Source of the DNA: Minisyncoccota bacterium
Lineage (GTDB): Bacteria > Patescibacteriota > Minisyncoccia > Phycocordibacterales > UBA2100
DNA length: 64,000 nt
Assembly: GCA_965267345.1 (NCBI GenBank)
Contig: OZ253947.1
Span: 72,662-136,661 of the forward strand
Direction of reading: 5' to 3'
Positions 62,443 to 64,000 of this stretch are shown piece by piece (position 1 is the first letter of the stretch; each line of letters opens with the position of its first letter). Made by a program: the position numbers and the translations under genes. The notes below the pieces were generated by a model. The model was not told the DNA's origin. It did no database searches and was given only the letters and a program-made list of their open reading frames with translations.

Positions 62443-62633
62443 CTACTCGTGTGGCGTGGCCACGCCCCTCTTCCTTTATAAAAACAACAGCGGCAAAGGC
62501 GAGATGATGGATATTTTCTGGGTCAATGCACGGGCTACTTCCAAATGAATACGACATCCGAGAGTAACGTTAACACGACAGCAGTCACTTCAAGTAACAA
62601 ACACACTACCCCGTAGACGCAACGGCATATTAA

Positions 62634-62650
62634 ATGCAAATCAGTTGTAT
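62634..62650. promoter_or_regulatory. Candidate Fur-family autoregulatory box
   Basis: ATGCAA-N5-TTGTAT imperfect palindrome about 20 nt before ATG. Confidence 0.4.
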
Positions 62651-62669
62651 ATATGACATAGTATCATAT

Positions 62670-63092
62670 ATGGAGAGACAGGCACCCAAGACAGCAGAAG
62701 AGTTTATTCGCGCTGCAGGACTTCGATGCACTGCGCCACGTGTGCTGGTGTTGGGGCGTCTTATGCGCGCTCGGGAGCCACTATCAATTGACGATCTGGA
62801 AAAACGCCTGAAAGGGAAAGTGAATATCGTGACTATTTATCGCATCCTTCGCGAATTTACGAAACACAACCTTACGTATCAGACCAACTTTCATACGGGA
62901 AAAGCATTTTTTGAATTTCAACATACACACCACCACCATATTATCTGTACGGAGTGCGGACGCCGTGAGGATGTCACGATACCCGATCTTGACCGTAAGC
63001 TGACCGACACTGCACAGTCACAGTCACGATTCTCGCGTGTGTCGCATCATACACTTGAATTTTTTGGTGTCTGCCGCGCGTGCGCCGCGTAG
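62670..63092 (+). CDS. Fur family transcriptional regulator
   Basis: GLR.T.PR, VTIYR, HHHHIICTECG and GVCRAC motifs. Confidence 0.93.
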   Translation: MERQAPKTAEEFIRAAGLRCTAPRVLVLGRLMRAREPLSIDDLEKRLKGKVNIVTIYRILREFTKHNLTYQTNFHTGKAFFEFQHTHHHHIICTECGRREDVTIPDLDRKLTDTAQSQSRFSRVSHHTLEFFGVCRACAA

Positions 63093-63147
63093 TCCCTGTT
63101 GAATAGTCGACCTGCAGAGTAACCTGCAGATACGGTATACTAGTAGC

Positions 63148-63900
63148 ATGTCATTGTTATCACGATTTCGCGTTATCGACGAAACACTTAAAGGTCGGGC
63201 CGTACGGCAGTTGGTAGAGGAGTCAACACCTGATTTCGACTACTTTCTGATGTTGGTGCTCTCGGCAATGATGGCCACCTTCGGGCTTCTTGCCGGTAGT
63301 GAAACCATTGTGATTGGTGCCATGTTGCTCGCACCACTGCTCGCTCCCGTGATGGGGCTTGCCCTTGGTACGTCAATGTCACACCATCCACTGATAACCC
63401 GTTCACTCACCACTATCGGCTCCTCGGTGCTCTTTGCGGTCGGCGCTGCTATTGTCGGCTCGTTCCTGTTTTCAGTGGGTAACTTGCAAGGTGGCATGAA
63501 TGAAATCATCCTTGCGCGCACCGAACCATCGCTACTGTTCTTCATTGTTGCCGTTATCTCAGGATTTGCGGTTGCGTATACTGCAGTGCGACCGAAACTC
63601 TCGGCAACACTGCCGGGTATTGCCGTTGCGGTTGCTCTGATTCCGCCGCTCAGTGTACTAGGTATTGGTATCGCCGCGGTGAACCCAACGATTATCGCCG
63701 GCTCAGCACTCATGTTCCTAGTGAACACTCTCGGCATTGTTTTTGCAGGTATGGTAACGTTTTCGCTCATGGATGTGCACCACACGCGGTATATTGCTGA
63801 AACAACAATAAAAAAGGAGGAAAAGCGCCTTGAAGAGGAGTCTGAAGAAATCGAAAAAATGGAAAAGAAGACCGATACACCGCCGCCCTCAGTTGTGTAA
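63148..63900 (+). CDS. DUF389/TIGR00341 membrane protein
   Basis: VIGAMLLAPL, ARTEP and LPGIAVAVALIPPL motifs. Confidence 0.9.
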   Translation: MSLLSRFRVIDETLKGRAVRQLVEESTPDFDYFLMLVLSAMMATFGLLAGSETIVIGAMLLAPLLAPVMGLALGTSMSHHPLITRSLTTIGSSVLFAVGAAIVGSFLFSVGNLQGGMNEIILARTEPSLLFFIVAVISGFAVAYTAVRPKLSATLPGIAVAVALIPPLSVLGIGIAAVNPTIIAGSALMFLVNTLGIVFAGMVTFSLMDVHHTRYIAETTIKKEEKRLEEESEEIEKMEKKTDTPPPSVV

Positions 63901-63911
63901 ATGAGCGTCAT

Positions 63912-64000
63912 ATGAAACGTATCATCGGGCATCTGGATATGGATGCTTTTTTTGCTTCGGTTGAAGAGCGTGACAAGCCCTATCTGAAAGGCGCTCCTGT
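63912..64000 (+). CDS. dinB: Y-family DNA polymerase IV (N-terminus; runs off window end)
   Basis: MKRIIGHLDMDAFFASVEERDKP. Confidence 0.9.
   Translation, partial: MKRIIGHLDMDAFFASVEERDKPYLKGAP

Noticed and set aside
62443-62630. Possible small gene or ncRNA between yibE/F and fur
   Set aside because: No convincing ORF with a start signal and no recognisable structure.

Overview
Chromosomal window of a small-genome bacterium, very probably Patescibacteria/Parcubacteria (CPR). This is inferred from the pilM-N-O-P-B-RR-T-C-A-D cluster, a compact RF2, a histone H1-like protein, PG-binding/PKD surface proteins and tRNA-Ile(UAU). The genetic code is standard code 11. Housekeeping content: tmRNA/smpB, ftsH, recG, ligA, gatCA, prfB, ftsEX, pyrG, lnt, a Fur-family regulator, the start of dinB and 8 tRNAs. 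Also present are a GH63-like/SIS/ROK sugar operon, padR-pspC and a complete type IV pilus operon. The most striking unexplained signal is a family of ~110-200 bp non-coding elements behind four tRNA genes (Ser x2, fMet, Asp, Thr). Each consists of an inverted copy of its own host tRNA 3' end stopping at T54, a covarying structured core, and a direct copy of the tRNA 3' end starting at C56. In 4 of 5 copies there is a substitution at position 58. Other observations: tRNA-Ile with a UAU anticodon, dispersed near-perfect palindromes, an in-frame TGA in comF, an active/inactive M14 peptidase pair, a repeat-flanked mosaic surface-protein cassette, and leaderless core genes contrasting with SD-led orphan genes. 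All calls were made by eye, without database searches.
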